Both the position numbers and the translations under genes were made by a program. From Tubiluchus corallicola (Eukaryota; Animalia; Priapulida), in assembly GCA_030141605.1 (NCBI GenBank), contig JAQGDQ010000448.1:128479-192478 (forward strand): a DNA stretch of 64,000 nucleotides, read 5' to 3'. The notes below the pieces were generated by a model, which saw only the letters and a list, made by a program, of their open reading frames with translations, searched no databases and had not been told where the DNA came from. Shown here one piece after another: positions 38,098-52,455 of the stretch; within the stretch, counting starts at the first letter, position 1; every line of letters starts with the position of its first letter.

Positions 38098-41000
38098 ATG
38101 TCCAGATATATTCGCAAAACTCCAGAACCTGATGTGTAAGATAATAATTTTTAATCTTTTAGTCATCAACTTATCTACCCCATATATGTTTTTCTGTGAT
38201 TCATACAGACATTGTCCAAACTGAAGCCATTTCAGGATGCAAGTTATTTATAACCAGAATTTGTGAATTAGATTTTTAATGAGGTTTCGGTTTTTGGCTC
38301 AGCCTTCTGTTACACCGTCAATATCAAAAATGCCCTGTGTTTGCAGTGATTTTAAGGCCTATTCCAAAGTTTATCTTGTTAATATAACAAACTTTTCTAA
38401 TGGTGTTTGGATTTTGTGTGGTGTGTAAACAGTAACCCAGTCATAATATACAGGAAAAGGCAATGTTTACTTCTGAGTGCATAATTTGATGCTCGTTGTG
38501 AAACACTAACTATTCAAGTAATTTTTGTTTAATGTATTTCAGTAAAGAACTGTTAAAAAAGAATGGTATGGTTTCATCTGATTTTCCTCATCCTGGGTCT
38601 GCAGTCGACGATGTACCATTTGAAAGGCCCTATGAAAATGGTGCACTTCCATCGCTGCACTTTGATAGAGAGACACCCATTTATACGGGCCCACAAGAAA
38701 AGGCTGACCGTTATTTAGATTACGACACTATTGATGCAAATTATGGAAGCGAAAATTCCAGTGATGCTAATGGGTAATAATTTTTGTCTATAATTACGTA
38801 ATTTTAAACTGCATTACATGGATGGTTTTGCTAAAATGAGTGAGCTAAACAGGCTTATATTCATGTAATAAAGAGCTACACAACAGGGAGTAATCACCAC
38901 TATAGTTACAATGGCTATATGTCTTGCAGTTCTACTGACAGAAAGTGCCCCACATAGAATTTGAAATTAAGTGGCCATCTTTGGTTCTGTTGGAGGCATT
39001 TCTAAAAGTGGTGCTATACATTTCTTTCAATTTTTTGTTTTTTCTCCAAAGAGTTGTCAATTTTTCTAAAGTGAATTTTGCAACACGTAAATTGTTGCAT
39101 AAATACACATACATTGGCATGCTTGTGCAAAATTTTGGAAAAAATATTAGGAGAAAGAGCCTAAGAAATCACAGACTATTTTGTATGCCATTAGCTTTTC
39201 GTGAAATTTAAATAGACAGATAGCCCCTGACATTTAATAGGCTATTCAGTTGTTATTGGCTCGATTCTAGTCTTCTTTTATGTTTTTAAACTATTTAATA
39301 ATGAATGTAGGTTTTTGCAAAAAACGCACCCACGAACAATACCAGAATAAGTGATATGTGTTAGATAACTACTGTGATGTTAGAAAAACCAAAGCATTTG
39401 AATACATGTCTAGTTCTCTTCTGCAGAAGTTTTGCATCGACATTTGGAGGTGAAAGTCTCAACTTTGCTGAAGTTTTTGGACAAGTGTACCCTGATGAAT
39501 GGGACAGCATTGCATCGACTGAGCGCAGTAGTTTGTACTCGTGGGGCGATGAGGCAAGTTAAGTTCTATAAAGTTATATGGTAAAAGTATATTCTGTCAT
39601 AGTTTCTGTGATATGGCATGTTAGATGAATTAGAGGAAATTGAGCTTTCTTTCTGTGACAAGTGAAAATCTTTTGTCATTGCCAGTGTAAAACGTACTTT
39701 CTTGCAGTTGTTTATTTTAATATTTGCTTTTTGCATTAAGCAATTCTTTGCAATTAGGAATTTGAAAGTAAGACATCAGTGGTTGTACGGCAGCTCTTTG
39801 ATGATATCGATGCCATGCTATATGAGGGTTGCATTTCCAACAAGGAAGTTAGTCAGCAGGCAGAAGAGTGGTGTGTAAAGTATCCACACTTAAGGTATAC
39901 TAACGTTTGTTCTTATTTAATAATGTAGCCGGTAATAAGTAATATTTTGAATACACAATAAAGTACAGACCTTGCAGATGCAGAATTAGTGTCGTTAATC
40001 GATACTCATTGGGCGATATCGATACGATACTTTTTCCCATCAATACGATATCGATACTAGCATTCTTGTGCTATGTGGTATGATACAATAAATTTTACAT
40101 TTCAAAAAAAATTGATACATTTTTCTAGAAAAACAACTGGTATGAGTGAAAAAACCTGTTAAATCAAAGACTAACTTTACTGAGTAATACACTTTTGCCT
40201 GCACTGTGGCAATTTAGTAGATCCTTTTTCTAGAAAGCAATTAGTTAGGATGTTACTTAAAAAAAAGAATTTCAAGCAGAAATATATGTAGATGAAGATG
40301 TTACATAGATCTGCGATTTGAGTACGATATTTCTTGATGTCAGTTCGATACAATATCGATACAATTCCTATACTTGGATAATAATATGGGATTTGCATAA
40401 ATAATTATGAATTCAGTGTTGTTTAACAACACTACCAGGAGTGCTCATGTGTTAGAGGGGCCTGTGGTTGTTAAGAAGAGTCAGCATGAAATCATGAAGA
40501 ATTAAAGGCAGGATGTGACATCTTATGATCGATTTTAAAGATTGTAGTATATCTGTAGGCCACAAGAATTTACCTTTGAATGAAAGTTCCTATCACATTA
40601 TTTTGCAGATGGCCTCAAATATATAGTTATGCTACCTATAACCTTTATGAATAAATACAAATGCTAATATGTTTTTGTTTGTATCTATAAGATCATTATT
40701 ACTTTTTTCTGAAATATAGAGTATTGGGAAAGCAGATTTCTGCTTGCATGGACTTTGGGTATTCCTTTTACTCTACAAGTGGTGGGGAAGATTTGGAGTC
40801 AGTTCTCTTGGTGGCATCATCTCTGCCAAATTCGTTGAGCAGTCATATCAGTGCTGATGCAGTTGATCACTCTAGGTAGAATATTTTAACTGATTAGAAT
40901 ATGCTTCATAGATTGTATATCCTGGCCAAGTGGATAGATACACACCCATCAGGAGAGTGGCTTGTGGTAGCTGTGAGGGTTTGATACTTGCATTAGGTGG

Positions 41001-44000
41001 TTAAATCTGTAATATTTGGCTGTTTACCTCATTTTTTTAAAAGATGTGCATACATAGTGCAGTGGCTCATCTTTGAGAGATATATCTGTGATAGTGAGCC
41101 AGGCTCCAGTCAGGTCACAAACTCTACATAATTAAGCCGTGCTTTGAATACTAATTTCCGGTATGCTCTGTGCCAAAGCTTATGAAAAAACATTATAATG
41201 AAGAGTTACGGTTATTGCCAGAATTACTTTCCCTACAAATATGAGCTCATTGCAATGTAAATTTTACATTTTCAGTTTGGTTATTAGTGGCTCTCAGTTA
41301 TTAGCTCAGTCTTTGACAGCATCTTCAGAACTGAATAGCAGACATTCAGAGGAGGTATCTTTTGAAGAGGAAATAATTGAATCTCATGGCACTTATGAGG
41401 AGGTTTTAGCTATTGATTCTAGGTTTGTCATCGTTTATTAGAAGTGACTAATTTTTTTTACCTGTTTGTGCACATAGTTTTTGCTTTATTATTTTTCTGA
41501 AAGTTACATTGTGATATGCACAGTTAAACACTGAAAAAACTATTTTTTCCGTTTTAATTCTGCAACTAATTTTCAATATTGCATTCTTGTTCTTCGTCTA
41601 ACCTGCTTGGAAAGAAGGTGATATTACTTTGCCTAGTAAAAGCTTTGCTATATTTAATGTATGGCTATAGTCTGTTCCTTCTTGTTTTTAATCATTTAAT
41701 CGTTTACTCTCTGGTAGTAATTGATTATGTCCTACTAGCTGAGCCTGTGCTTGGTTTCTATTTAAATGTGCAAGCTGATGGTTACAGAAAAATACTGATT
41801 ATTTATGATTGATAAACCCCATGCTGAATCTTATTGGCAAATATTTAAGCCGTACATGAATTTCAGTAAAGGCTTAGTAAATTATGGTTAAGTTGGAGTA
41901 AACTATTAGCTCTGTTCTGCTCATGCAACTTTACAATTTGGAATAATTTGTATGTAGGTTCTACTTGTTTTTCTTTCCATTAGGGAGTTTTCTTCTCATT
42001 CTCTTGCCTCATCATCGACATTCTCAGGCACCTTAACACTGCAGAGAAAAGGATTACCTCCTGTTTCTCCCAGTGCTGTTATGATGGATAGCATTCTTGC
42101 CAACTTATTTCAACATACTTGGGTCGACATCGTGTCTTGGTTAAAGCCACTGTTTCTTGCTTACTTACGAGCTTTGGATAGTAAAGGTAGCTGCCAAGTT
42201 ATAGTTTAAACATGTCTCTAGAATTTGTAAACAAAGTGAAATGAATTTCAAGGACATTGACTGCTTGTTCACTGCCAAAAGGAAACAATTTAGCAACTTT
42301 TTCTTAATTACGAAAATTCATATATAAATGACAGTTTAGTTGAAGAGAGATGACACAACAAATTTTCTAATGACTGTGGAAAACTCAAATTTAATGACAG
42401 AAGTTTTAGTTTTTTTCCTATTCTTTCATATATGTAACATCATACTTACAGATTTTATTGCATTTTGCTGATACACTATGAGTAAGCTTAACCTTAGGCA
42501 TTTTCATGCTGCAGCAAAGTCTAGTAACCAAAATTGCAGTTCTTTGTAGTATATATTGTGTTAACATTGTTACTTTTGTGCATGATTTGTTTGTTGTAGT
42601 TGCATTGTTTTGTTGCTTTTGTGAATGTCTTGTTTGTGGCAAAATAATAATAATAGTAATAATAATAATGATAATAATAATATGGTTTGTGCTATGGCCA
42701 GTGATGTTCACTTTATCAAAAAAATATTTTTTGTGCTCAAGGAACTTACCTATGTACGTTTCCAGTTTTATGTATTTTTTATGAAATTCTCCAAGTTTGT
42801 GTTGTTTCTCTACAAATCTGCTAGTTTAAATAGGAATGGATTCCAAATTGATCAAATGTGCTACGTGCAGTATGTGTTAGCAGGCTTTGCAATTAACTAC
42901 TGCTGTCAAAGGAAGATGTGTATTCGGTGTTGTAGGTCAAATTAAGTGAATTAGCTTGTTGTTATATGGAAAAACATGATTTCATAGTTTTCACATACTG
43001 TTCCCATGATTTCACTTATACAGCAAATGCTGTTGAAAAGTAGACATGAGTTAGGTAATAGACAAACAACCAACAGAAATGTTACAGTAGCATTATGTCT
43101 TTAATTATACATGTGGTGCAAATGCTATTTTCAGCAGTGGTATTGACATGCGTGGGAAAAATTGCTAGTAAACTGAGAGGTCAAAAAGATTGATATAGTT
43201 TATATAATCAAGGTTTTTTATTCTTATTATTATTTTGCAATGATTTATCTCCCCAAATTTTTCCTCTGAAGGCAAAAACAGGGTATTGACAACAGCAGGC
43301 AATCTTCCCGTGCTGCAGTCATCAAGTCGAAAAACGTCTCTCCCAACTCCTCGGACGGCACAGGTATCTCACACTGCACTGGCATTTTGTATTTAGTACT
43401 CAGTAGTTTCTCCTTAGAATGAAGATTTAGAAATGCTAAGGAGTGACAGTTTTTTTGTGAATTTTCTATATTTTGCCTAAATAAAATACTCAGCAAAACT
43501 TTCAAAGTTGATATTAGCAGCCGTGTGTGCATTTTTATGATCACATAACAAACACTTATGTTTGGTTTTTATTTTGATAGGCTGGATTCGAACGACCAAA
43601 TGCATTACACGGATTACTTACTGTTTCTAGCAAAGCATTGCAAATGCGTCCAGAGAGAATATCGTATGTACTAAAATGCACTGTCTTCTGTTACAGCTCG
43701 AGAACGTAAAAAAATCAATACAATATTTATGCAGCTGTTACATAATTTTAAAAAATGAGGTATTTTAATGGAGAGATTTCTTTTGGGTTATCATAAAACA
43801 ACTGAGTTGTCTGAAAACAGCGTGTTTGATAGTGCTAACCCGCAGCAACAAAGAATTATTAAATAATTATAAACTTATTAAAGAGTCGTGTCTATAACCT
43901 TTTAGCCATCGCTTTTTAATAAGTTTGCAATTATTTAGAAGGTTTTAATAAAAGTACTACCATAAGATAAATGGAAAAAGATCACCATAATGCTATGTAC

Positions 44001-47000
44001 CTAATCCATATTCAGTGTTAGTGAAAAAGTCATCTTAGATTTGACTAAATGTCTATATTGACTATATTGCAGCCATTTTAAAGTTGATACACTGCTCTTT
44101 ACCTGTTCACAATAGATTAAAATATGCACTATGTAAGTTATAATCAATTAGTAACCACTTACCAACTGCTGTGTATATTTTGGGATTATAAGTTTATATT
44201 TTACTAAGACTGCTGTCCGTTTATAGATGATGAAAGTCTGAGTTGAGCACATACAAGAATTTACTGGTTTACAGTCTGTATTCGATTTTTGTTATTTGTT
44301 AAAATTCCCTCATAATTGAGGTTGCAGTCAGGCAGGCCTAATGACCACATGTTTTTGATTCTTTCTTTGTATTTTGTATGAATTTTGTTTGTTTTTAAAT
44401 ATCGAAATACTTACATAAATTCACTAGCCCACAAACTTGCTACTGCTAATGCAATGGCACGCCTTCCAATTTTTTTAGCAGCGTGCAACTAAAGAATAGC
44501 TTTATCTGCACAAATAATGCAAATATTGTTTTTACTACAGCCATTGTTTTTATTTTTAGCTTAAGTGAAAATCTAGACCATCAATTTTCATTTGAATCTC
44601 AGCAGAGGCAAGACAGCACTCAGCTGAAGCAAGACAGTGTGCCACGCAGACAGGAAAACATTCAATATAAATTAGACAGCAATGGCACACAAACTCAGTT
44701 GAGACAAGGTGTTTCTAGCATGGAACCAACATCTTCTAGTTCTTTTCCTATGAAGCATTTCCGACCTGTCAGCCATCAGAGCCGTATTCCAGGACGACGA
44801 AGAGGTCTTTTAGCTGAGTTGAAATTAGTAAGCATTTTAATAACAAATTTCTTTGTTCATCAGAATTTTAATTTAGAATTATGTGTGATTGATGTGTGTC
44901 TTCTTAGTTGTTAATTATTGGTATTTTATGCAAAAACGAGAATCTTTAGCTTATTACATATTAGTATTGAGTGATGTAGGTGACTTGAAAAGATTTCTTT
45001 CTACAGTAGGCGTGGTTTCTGGGTTTCACGGTTAATAGACTCAATCGCTTAATTGACTCAAAAATGCCGGGTACAGGCCGGTTCTATTCAAATGTACATA
45101 AAAACTGTCGTTAATTGACTCAACTAACTCCAAATAATTGACTCAATATTTTTACTTCACATGCTTCAATAAGACACTTTCAGGTGGTTAATAAGATTTT
45201 GTGATTTTTATATCATCTTAGTTCGCTTTTGTCCTATAACATACCTAGAAACAATCATGTTAAGTACCATTTTGTTTGTAAGTAGGAATGCTTAGCATAT
45301 GCTAATATGCTAGGCTAATGGTTTGCTTTGACTCGCCCCTCTCTGGCTCTGGCTGTCTTTGCCTGAAAGCTTAATCAGTTAGATGTTGCTGTTATGTCAG
45401 GGATGCAGGTAAAGTCCAGTAAGTACGTCATGATAGCAAGCGGGAGTTTAGGCGGAGCTACAGACGAAGCTACTTGCCGTGAAACACGGGCACCACTAAC
45501 AGTTTAAAATATTTTTTTCTAATTTTTAACTGCACAAAGGAATTTAGGCAGTACTTCATTTCTAAAATTCATTAAAAACCTTTGCAGTGCATAGTAAGCT
45601 GGTGACTCATACTTCTGTACCAGTAATACTACACCCATCGGTTAATAGGTTCAGTCGGTTAATTGGGTCAAAAAACTTCCGTCCCAAAGTGGTCTATTAA
45701 GTGGTGCTTACTGTATTTCAAAAACCACTATGGTGCCTTGATTTACATTTTACATTGTTTTGGGGTATTGTTTGTCTTGCTTTTATATAGCACAATACTG
45801 AAATTATATGTCAAAGTAACACACTCGGCTTTCTGTTTTTAGGAAGACAATACAAAGGAAAACATGCAGTCAAAAGCAGTACCCGGTGGGCTTTCATCAA
45901 TTTCTCTTTCTCCTAGAGATTTCACTCTGCCACCTATAGAGTTCTTCAGTGAAAAACAGGAAAAACAGGTTAATTTTCATTTATTAGTTCAGCAATCTTT
46001 ATACCATCTGTAAAATGTACTAATATAACAGTGGAAAAGTATTAGGATAAGAACAAAGAACAGAAAATAAAGAATGTTTTTTTTCTTAAATAAGATAACA
46101 AGCATAATAAATGATTATTTTGACATTATGAACTAACAGAGAGCATAAAATCCACATTTTCTAATGCAGTTTTTGATATGACACATTGAAAGTTACTATT
46201 AACCGATGCTATTTTTTAAAAATTTTTGGCAAAGGAAATTTTGTGTTTCACTGTGCATGAGCGTTTACGGAATTTTCGATTTTTGAAAAGTTTCACTGAA
46301 CTAGATCCTAAAATTTACTGCTGTAGTTTTGATCTGTCTGCATCAAAATTGATCTGTGACTTGGCTGCTAGAAATATTGCATAAAACCAAATTTTATTAG
46401 ATGCCATTTCATTTAATTCTGCCGCGTGTGAAGTTAGCGCACTGTTGTTCATTTTGCTGATGCTTTTGGTCTTTGACAGAAACCAGGTGTTTCATCTGTG
46501 AGTAAAAACTACTTTAGAGCTACAACTGCACTTGGCAGTAAAGTTTCTTCCAACCAGGATAACAGACCCAGTACCACTTTGCATAGGGTAAGAACTCATT
46601 TAAATAATAACTTTTAACTTAAATTTCCTTAAATTTTGACCGTGTTCGTGTGCATACCACGCTCCTAACTTGATGCCCAGAAGTGCCATGAATCATGCTA
46701 GGATCCAAAATATCTCTGTTATTGTTTTAGGCTGTAATTAATTCTATCATGTGTTTGTTTTTTCAGATTAATAGCTATGGTGAATCGCATCCAAATACTC
46801 CAGCTACAAACAGCAGGTCATATCTGCTAAATGGTATGCAATGTTGCATTTTTGGCCTTTCTTAGTTTCTACTGGAATTGCTATAAAAATTGAAGTTAGG
46901 CAACGTTTATCCTTGCAAAGTCAATGAGAGAGGAAGTAAACATATTAGAACTACAAGTATCAGTCCTAAGATTCATTTTTGGCTTTTATAATCCTTAGAG

Positions 47001-47843
47001 CATATAGATTTTGGTATATATTAGAGACCATTAAAAAAACAGAATCTTGGGCAGCTAAACTCCACTGAAAACAAAGGCCATACGACAAAAAGCTAATGCA
47101 GACTATACATGAATGTAAATTTTATTCTCTAACATGGGAAAATACAAAAATGTTATTAACCTATTAATAATCTAGGTTGAAGTAATTTCACATTACTAAT
47201 TTCTATCTGCATTAGTGGCACTAGAAAATGACAAAAAATTCTAATTTCTGTACGCTAAATAAATGCAAAATTCTTCAAATTAATTCGCTGCAAATACATA
47301 ACAAACACTAGCGGCTATTTGTCACTTTATTTTTTAGAATGACACACTGCAAGTTAGTATCTAGTTTCCTACTACTATTAGTAACAAGAATGGTTGTAGC
47401 AGGATCGGTATCTTACTAATCATATATATATACATATATATATATATGTACTATAGTCTATAAATAAAGTTCTCATTTTTACAGATAAATTAATTGCTAG
47501 TGTTCATGGACGAAGTCTACAGCCTTCTGCTGCTGCTGCTGCACAGGCTTCTGGGTCGTTATCGACACTAAGTCACAGTTTTTTAAATAAACATCTTTCT
47601 GGCCCAGCCAATCGATATCCATTTGGTCGCCCATCAAGAATGCCTATCCGCTCTTCAAGTATAAGAAATTCTACAACTGGTATAAGTCTCACATCTGCAG
47701 GGTATTTACATACAAGTAGTCAGCAGAGTAACAGTCGTCAGCTGCATCCTCGACTCCCTGCTATGTCATCAAAGCAACCTGTAAGAGGACAAGAGCTGGA
47801 ACCACTTAAAGTTTATGAGAAAAAGAGCAAGCCATCTTGGTAA
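38098..47843 (+). CDS. FAM149: FAM149 family (DUF3719) protein, multi-exon
   Basis: Exons 38098-38135, 38543-38773, 39427-39553, 39758-39894, 40720-40875, 41276-41422, 41984-42186, 43272-43363, 43581-43663, 44560-44827, 45843-45968, 46480-46587, 46767-46833, 47485-47843, all in phase. Motifs MSRYIRK, STERSSLYSWGDEEF, VRQLFDDIDAMLYEG, EEW..KYPHLRVLG, EEEIIESHGTYEEVLAID, GLPPVSP. Confidence 0.9.
39985..40375. mobile_element. MITE-like element with (AT)CGATAC subterminal repeats
   Basis: Clusters of atcgatac/gatacgatatcgatac at 39995-40058 and again at 40320-40365. Confidence 0.55.
42643..42682 (+). repeat. Imperfect (AAT)n microsatellite
   Basis: aataataataatagtaataataataatgataataataat. Confidence 0.9.
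45004..45713. mobile_element. Non-autonomous pogo/Tigger-like DNA transposon in FAM149 intron
   Basis: TA-CAGTAGGC...GCTTACTG-TA ends; subterminal direct repeat cggttaatagactcaatcgcttaattgactcaaaaa vs cggttaataggttcagtcggttaattgggtcaaaaa. Confidence 0.75.
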
Positions 47844-50149
47844 GAAATTGTCGCATGTTGTTTTGTAACTAACTTTGTTTGAGAGGGCATACAAAGGGTT
47901 AAAGAGTTATAATTTTATATAAAGCAAGTTTACTTCGTAAGTTAAGAGTGCTTATAAGTTATGTGGTGTATGGGCTTAAATAGAATAAAGGTTTTTTTTT
48001 GCTTACTATCTTGGTAAGAACTGTGTGCTTGTAAGGGCACTATACAGGCTATATAGGCTTCAAACAAAATATTGCTTTTCTTATCTCAGTTTTGCTCTGA
48101 TGCAGCATTACATGTAAGGGTCAAATTATTTCATAAAACAAGTCTGTTAACAGCTGTTCTTTATTGAAGTTCTTGTTACTACTGCCACACAATACTTACT
48201 TATACTGCATGTATTTTAATACTGGTGATCATGATAAAGCAACAGGCATGAGCTAGTTGAATTGTTCAGCCATTGTAACAGACTCATGATGAACCTGGTC
48301 CTTTTTATACATTTAACCACATTTATCGCATCATTCTTTTGGCAATATTTTTTTTATTAAATTTGTGTCAATGATTCATGATGAATTAATGAGCAAATAA
48401 ATGCACTACTGACTTACTTTTATTTTACCAGATACTAAGAGCGCTTCGATTTCCAGTAGAAATGTGGCAAAGAGTCTGCATAGACGTTACGTGTGTTTGA
48501 TTTTAGTATGGACTACTTGGTGCCTTACTGAATTCAGCACCAACTCAATAAAAAAACTAGAACTGTTTTTATACCACATTATTATTACCTTACATAATTT
48601 GTTTGCCATTTTACTGTTAATAAGTAATATTGCTGAATAAAGAAGAAGAGACTGTAGTGAGACTAGTGTGTGTTTTCCATTTGTTCATTGTGTAATATTT
48701 GCTAATTATTGTACCAGTTCTTGACATTAAGAATTATTTCGATGTGAGGTTGTTTAGCATATTTGTATGAGTTCATGTTTGTTTACTAGAAGAAACTGCT
48801 GAACAGCAACTATTTATTTATCTCATTCTTAAAGTATGTAAATAGCAACAGCTTCAGTTACATTTATGCACATTCTGTTTTTTGTTAATGTTGCTTGACG
48901 CTCACACATTACTTATGTTTCACGTGCATGCATGCCATAATCAACTGGTGGCTAATTATAATTCTGTAATTCATTTTGGAAAATTGAGCATAAAAAATAC
49001 ACGTAATTGTAATTTGTTTGCCATACTATTCATGTCCCTTGTTGTGTCACAGCTCTGAATGACTGTACTTCACAACTTATTTACAGACATTTCATATTTC
49101 TGTTATTGTGCATATAACAAAATTTAGCCATTGCAAAGTTACATGTAAGTTTTAAACTGGCAATGTATTTGCAGTTTTTGTTGACCAGCCTTCTCTGTGA
49201 TACTGTGTTCTTCAACAAAAGGCCTGTCAAATTAATACATCTTTTGGAGGAGCAATTTAGGTTGACCTTGCATTTGGTGATATTGGTTTTATCCATTTTA
49301 GAGTTAACTTTCTTTGCCAAGCATAATTACTGAGTCACTCATCTATCCTCCAGTCGTAACTATTGGAGTACTGTTGATAATTAAGTGAACGATGCTAGTT
49401 AATGATAAATTTGACTCAGTGCCTTGAATTTTAATAAAATGAATAAATAAAGATTTTGGATAAATAAATGATTCGATCTTATTTCATGTCGTCTTGTAAC
49501 TAGCTTAGTTTTAAAGGGGCATGCCTAGGGTTAAATTACATATAAAGCAAGGTTATTTTGTAAATTGAGTAACAGTGCACCAACTTGCTGAAAGACATCA
49601 ATAGATGTGTTTACTGCCAACTGTCATTCTTGTTCAACAGTAGGTTGAACATTTGGAAATATTGTGTTGGAAGAATTGCAATTGCAACTATGTGTATTGG
49701 CAGTGGTCACTGATAGCAACATCATTAATTTTGCTGAACAACACTTGAAAAAACAAAACTAAGACTGAAATAAACAAACCAATGAAGTAGCCAATTATAT
49801 GCTTCGATTTCACTTTGTACAGAGTAACACAACTTTTTCGCTAGGCATGTGGGATGCCAAAGCATCACTTAAAAAAATTATCAAGCGTCAAAATATTGCT
49901 CGATCACGAATCTATCGCGCCGATAATATTAAATTTACAATGTAGAAGCTTTGTGCACCTAGCACAGCCTGCAGATTTGAGATGCATGTGCTTGGTTGGA
50001 AAGGATGAAACTGAAACACTTGGAAGTTATCTGGACTTCAACCCGGCTGAACACATTGAAGTTAGGCAAAGTGGAGGTTATGATGATCAATAAATATTCT
50101 GGGTGTACCAGTCAGATACAGGAAGTGTTAGACTATTTTAATTGGGTTT

Positions 50150-50713
50150 GAACAAGTCTCAAGTCAAAACGGTCTACCTACTCAAGATTGCAGGTTATGC
50201 GATACGAACGAATCTAGCACACTAAAATAATTATTAAGAGTGTGACAGATTGTCAAATGTGTAAGCAATACTGTCTTCAGTCACAGTTCCGTGCAGTAAA
50301 TGGCTCTGTGCTGGACTTATTTTATCTCTCCATACAGTCAAAATCCCCTGTCAATAAGGCCCCTATTTGAAAAAATATATAATAATCATAATTACTTGTA
50401 TTGTTTTGTTTAGATTTTGGTGTCATCTAACTTTATTATTTTTTGTTTTCACTTATACTGTTTTCATTTATACTTTGTTTTCATTTATACTGTTTATTAT
50501 TATTATTTTTTTCCTATTTGATTTTGTTATCCGCAGTCTCACCATTTACTTTTAATATACTAATTTAATTATTAGACAGGGCAGGAGACTAGATGACCCT
50601 ATGGTCCTTCCCTGCCCTGCTCCACTACTATAATTAAGTAATATTTAAAAAAACTTGTCATGTCAAACAAATGGAGAAAATAAATGTTCTATGTCTATGT
50701 TCTATGTCTATGT
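50150..50713 (+). mobile_element. CR1-type LINE 3' end with stem-loop and microsatellite tail
   Basis: cagggcagg-agactagatgaccctatggtccttc-cctgccctg hairpin, then aataaa and tgttctatgtctatgttctatgtctatgt tail; 5' boundary approximate. Confidence 0.7.
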
Positions 50714-52455
50714 GCTATTATTTATACTTCCCTATCACAAAACCTGTATGATCTTATTTTTGTGTATACGTGCGTCTGTCTCTAATTCAGTAATAGCTGT
50801 TTTATCTGTGTAAAATTACAACTTCCAGAAAACGGGTAATTCGATCAGAGATAAATTACAATTGGCTTGTGTTTTGTAAAAATATGCGAAAAAATTCTTT
50901 TTAATGCTTTCAGTGCAATCTTCCCCCTCTCTTTGCCTTTCCTCTCTGTTTCTCCCGCACCTATTATTCTTTTCATTCTCCTGCTCTCTAATTTCCCCTG
51001 TCCCATTTTCTTTGGCCATATCTCTTTGCTTTTACTTATCTTTCAGTAACAGTCGGCCACGTAGCGAGAAATCATACTAAAGGTCGCAATTTTTGAAAGG
51101 TTTTTGGTATTGCTTATTATATTTTTTGTTATTGTGTGGCGTAGTGGGTAGTGGTAAATTGGCTGTGAGCTTTCATAATTATTTTAATTGGAGGTAAAAA
51201 TGGCGATTATTTGTAGAAGTACTTGCGTTTAAAGCAATGTGTAATTAGCAATTTATGTTATAAAGCGCACTATAAGTGAAAAAAGCATGATTTGATAAAA
51301 TTAAATTCACGTTGGATTGCTCGCAGTGCCTATACGTATAATTAAATTAAATTATTTTTAAAATAACCACGATCATGACATTTTATATATCGCAGTTAAA
51401 AGCAAAATATAAATTATTCAGATACTGTATTGTAACTTACGTGAGAAGTTTGCTTAGTTTAGTTTAGTTTTATTTAGTTTATTTTTCCAAAATGTCATAA
51501 TAATTAATATGTAAATTGTTACACTACATTACAATACATTAGAAAACACACTTTTCCTACAACAAACAAAGGAAAATTAAAAAATTTGCAGGATGTTCAG
51601 ATATTGGCTCAGGCTAAGAAGGTAAACTTGTAAATACCTTTGCACTTCTTGCCTTGTACTCAATGGCATGTTGTGCCTCGCTGTGTACCACTGTCTTGCC
51701 ATATACTGCCTTGTGGTACATTGCACTGCGGTAAATAGCAAATTTTTTTGTAGCATCATGGTACATGGTGAGAGAATACAAGGAGAGACAGTATGTGGCA
51801 ATACCATGTAGTAACACTAATATTCGTACTATTACTTAAGATGAAGTAAAATTAATTTCCATCAGATATTAATTATAAGTAATTATTAGTTGTCAATAGA
51901 TAGACAATTAACAGATATGCTTGTAAAACAATTGACACCCATGAAGGTAACGTTAAGATGTTTAGGTAATAGTTGTCACAAAATTGATGGAGCACTCATG
52001 TGCAGTGAAAATTGCCTGTGATTCAACCATGCTGACTCAGGATTTGCCACATTGCTTGAAAAGGCATCAGTATCAGTCTGGGTATTTCAGTCAGCTAGAT
52101 TGGTTTTTAGTGGTACAGTATAGATTTGCTAGCTCCTGTTATGGCAACATCTGTATTTTTGTGACTTGTTGGCGCTAAATCTCCGCTTGCAGCTCTGTCC
52201 TTATAAATTAAATCATTTGGTGGTGTTGCACAATTTATCTTAAATATTGCTATCAAGAATCCAAAGTTGTCTCTCTCTTTCTCTCCAGATGTCTTTGTCT
52301 CTCTCTCTTTCTGTCTCTCTCTCACTCTCTTTTGCTCCATCTATATGTTTGATGTATCATTTAGTGCAAAATTGATAAAGTTTTGAATATTTAGCATCAC
52401 AAATTTGTGTGTTTTTTGTAGTTTAATAAACAACACCATCTGTTAGAGGAATGCC

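Noticed and set aside
42418-42945. Three overlapping ORFs of about 100 aa
   Set aside because: Generated by the (AAT)n microsatellite and AT-rich intron
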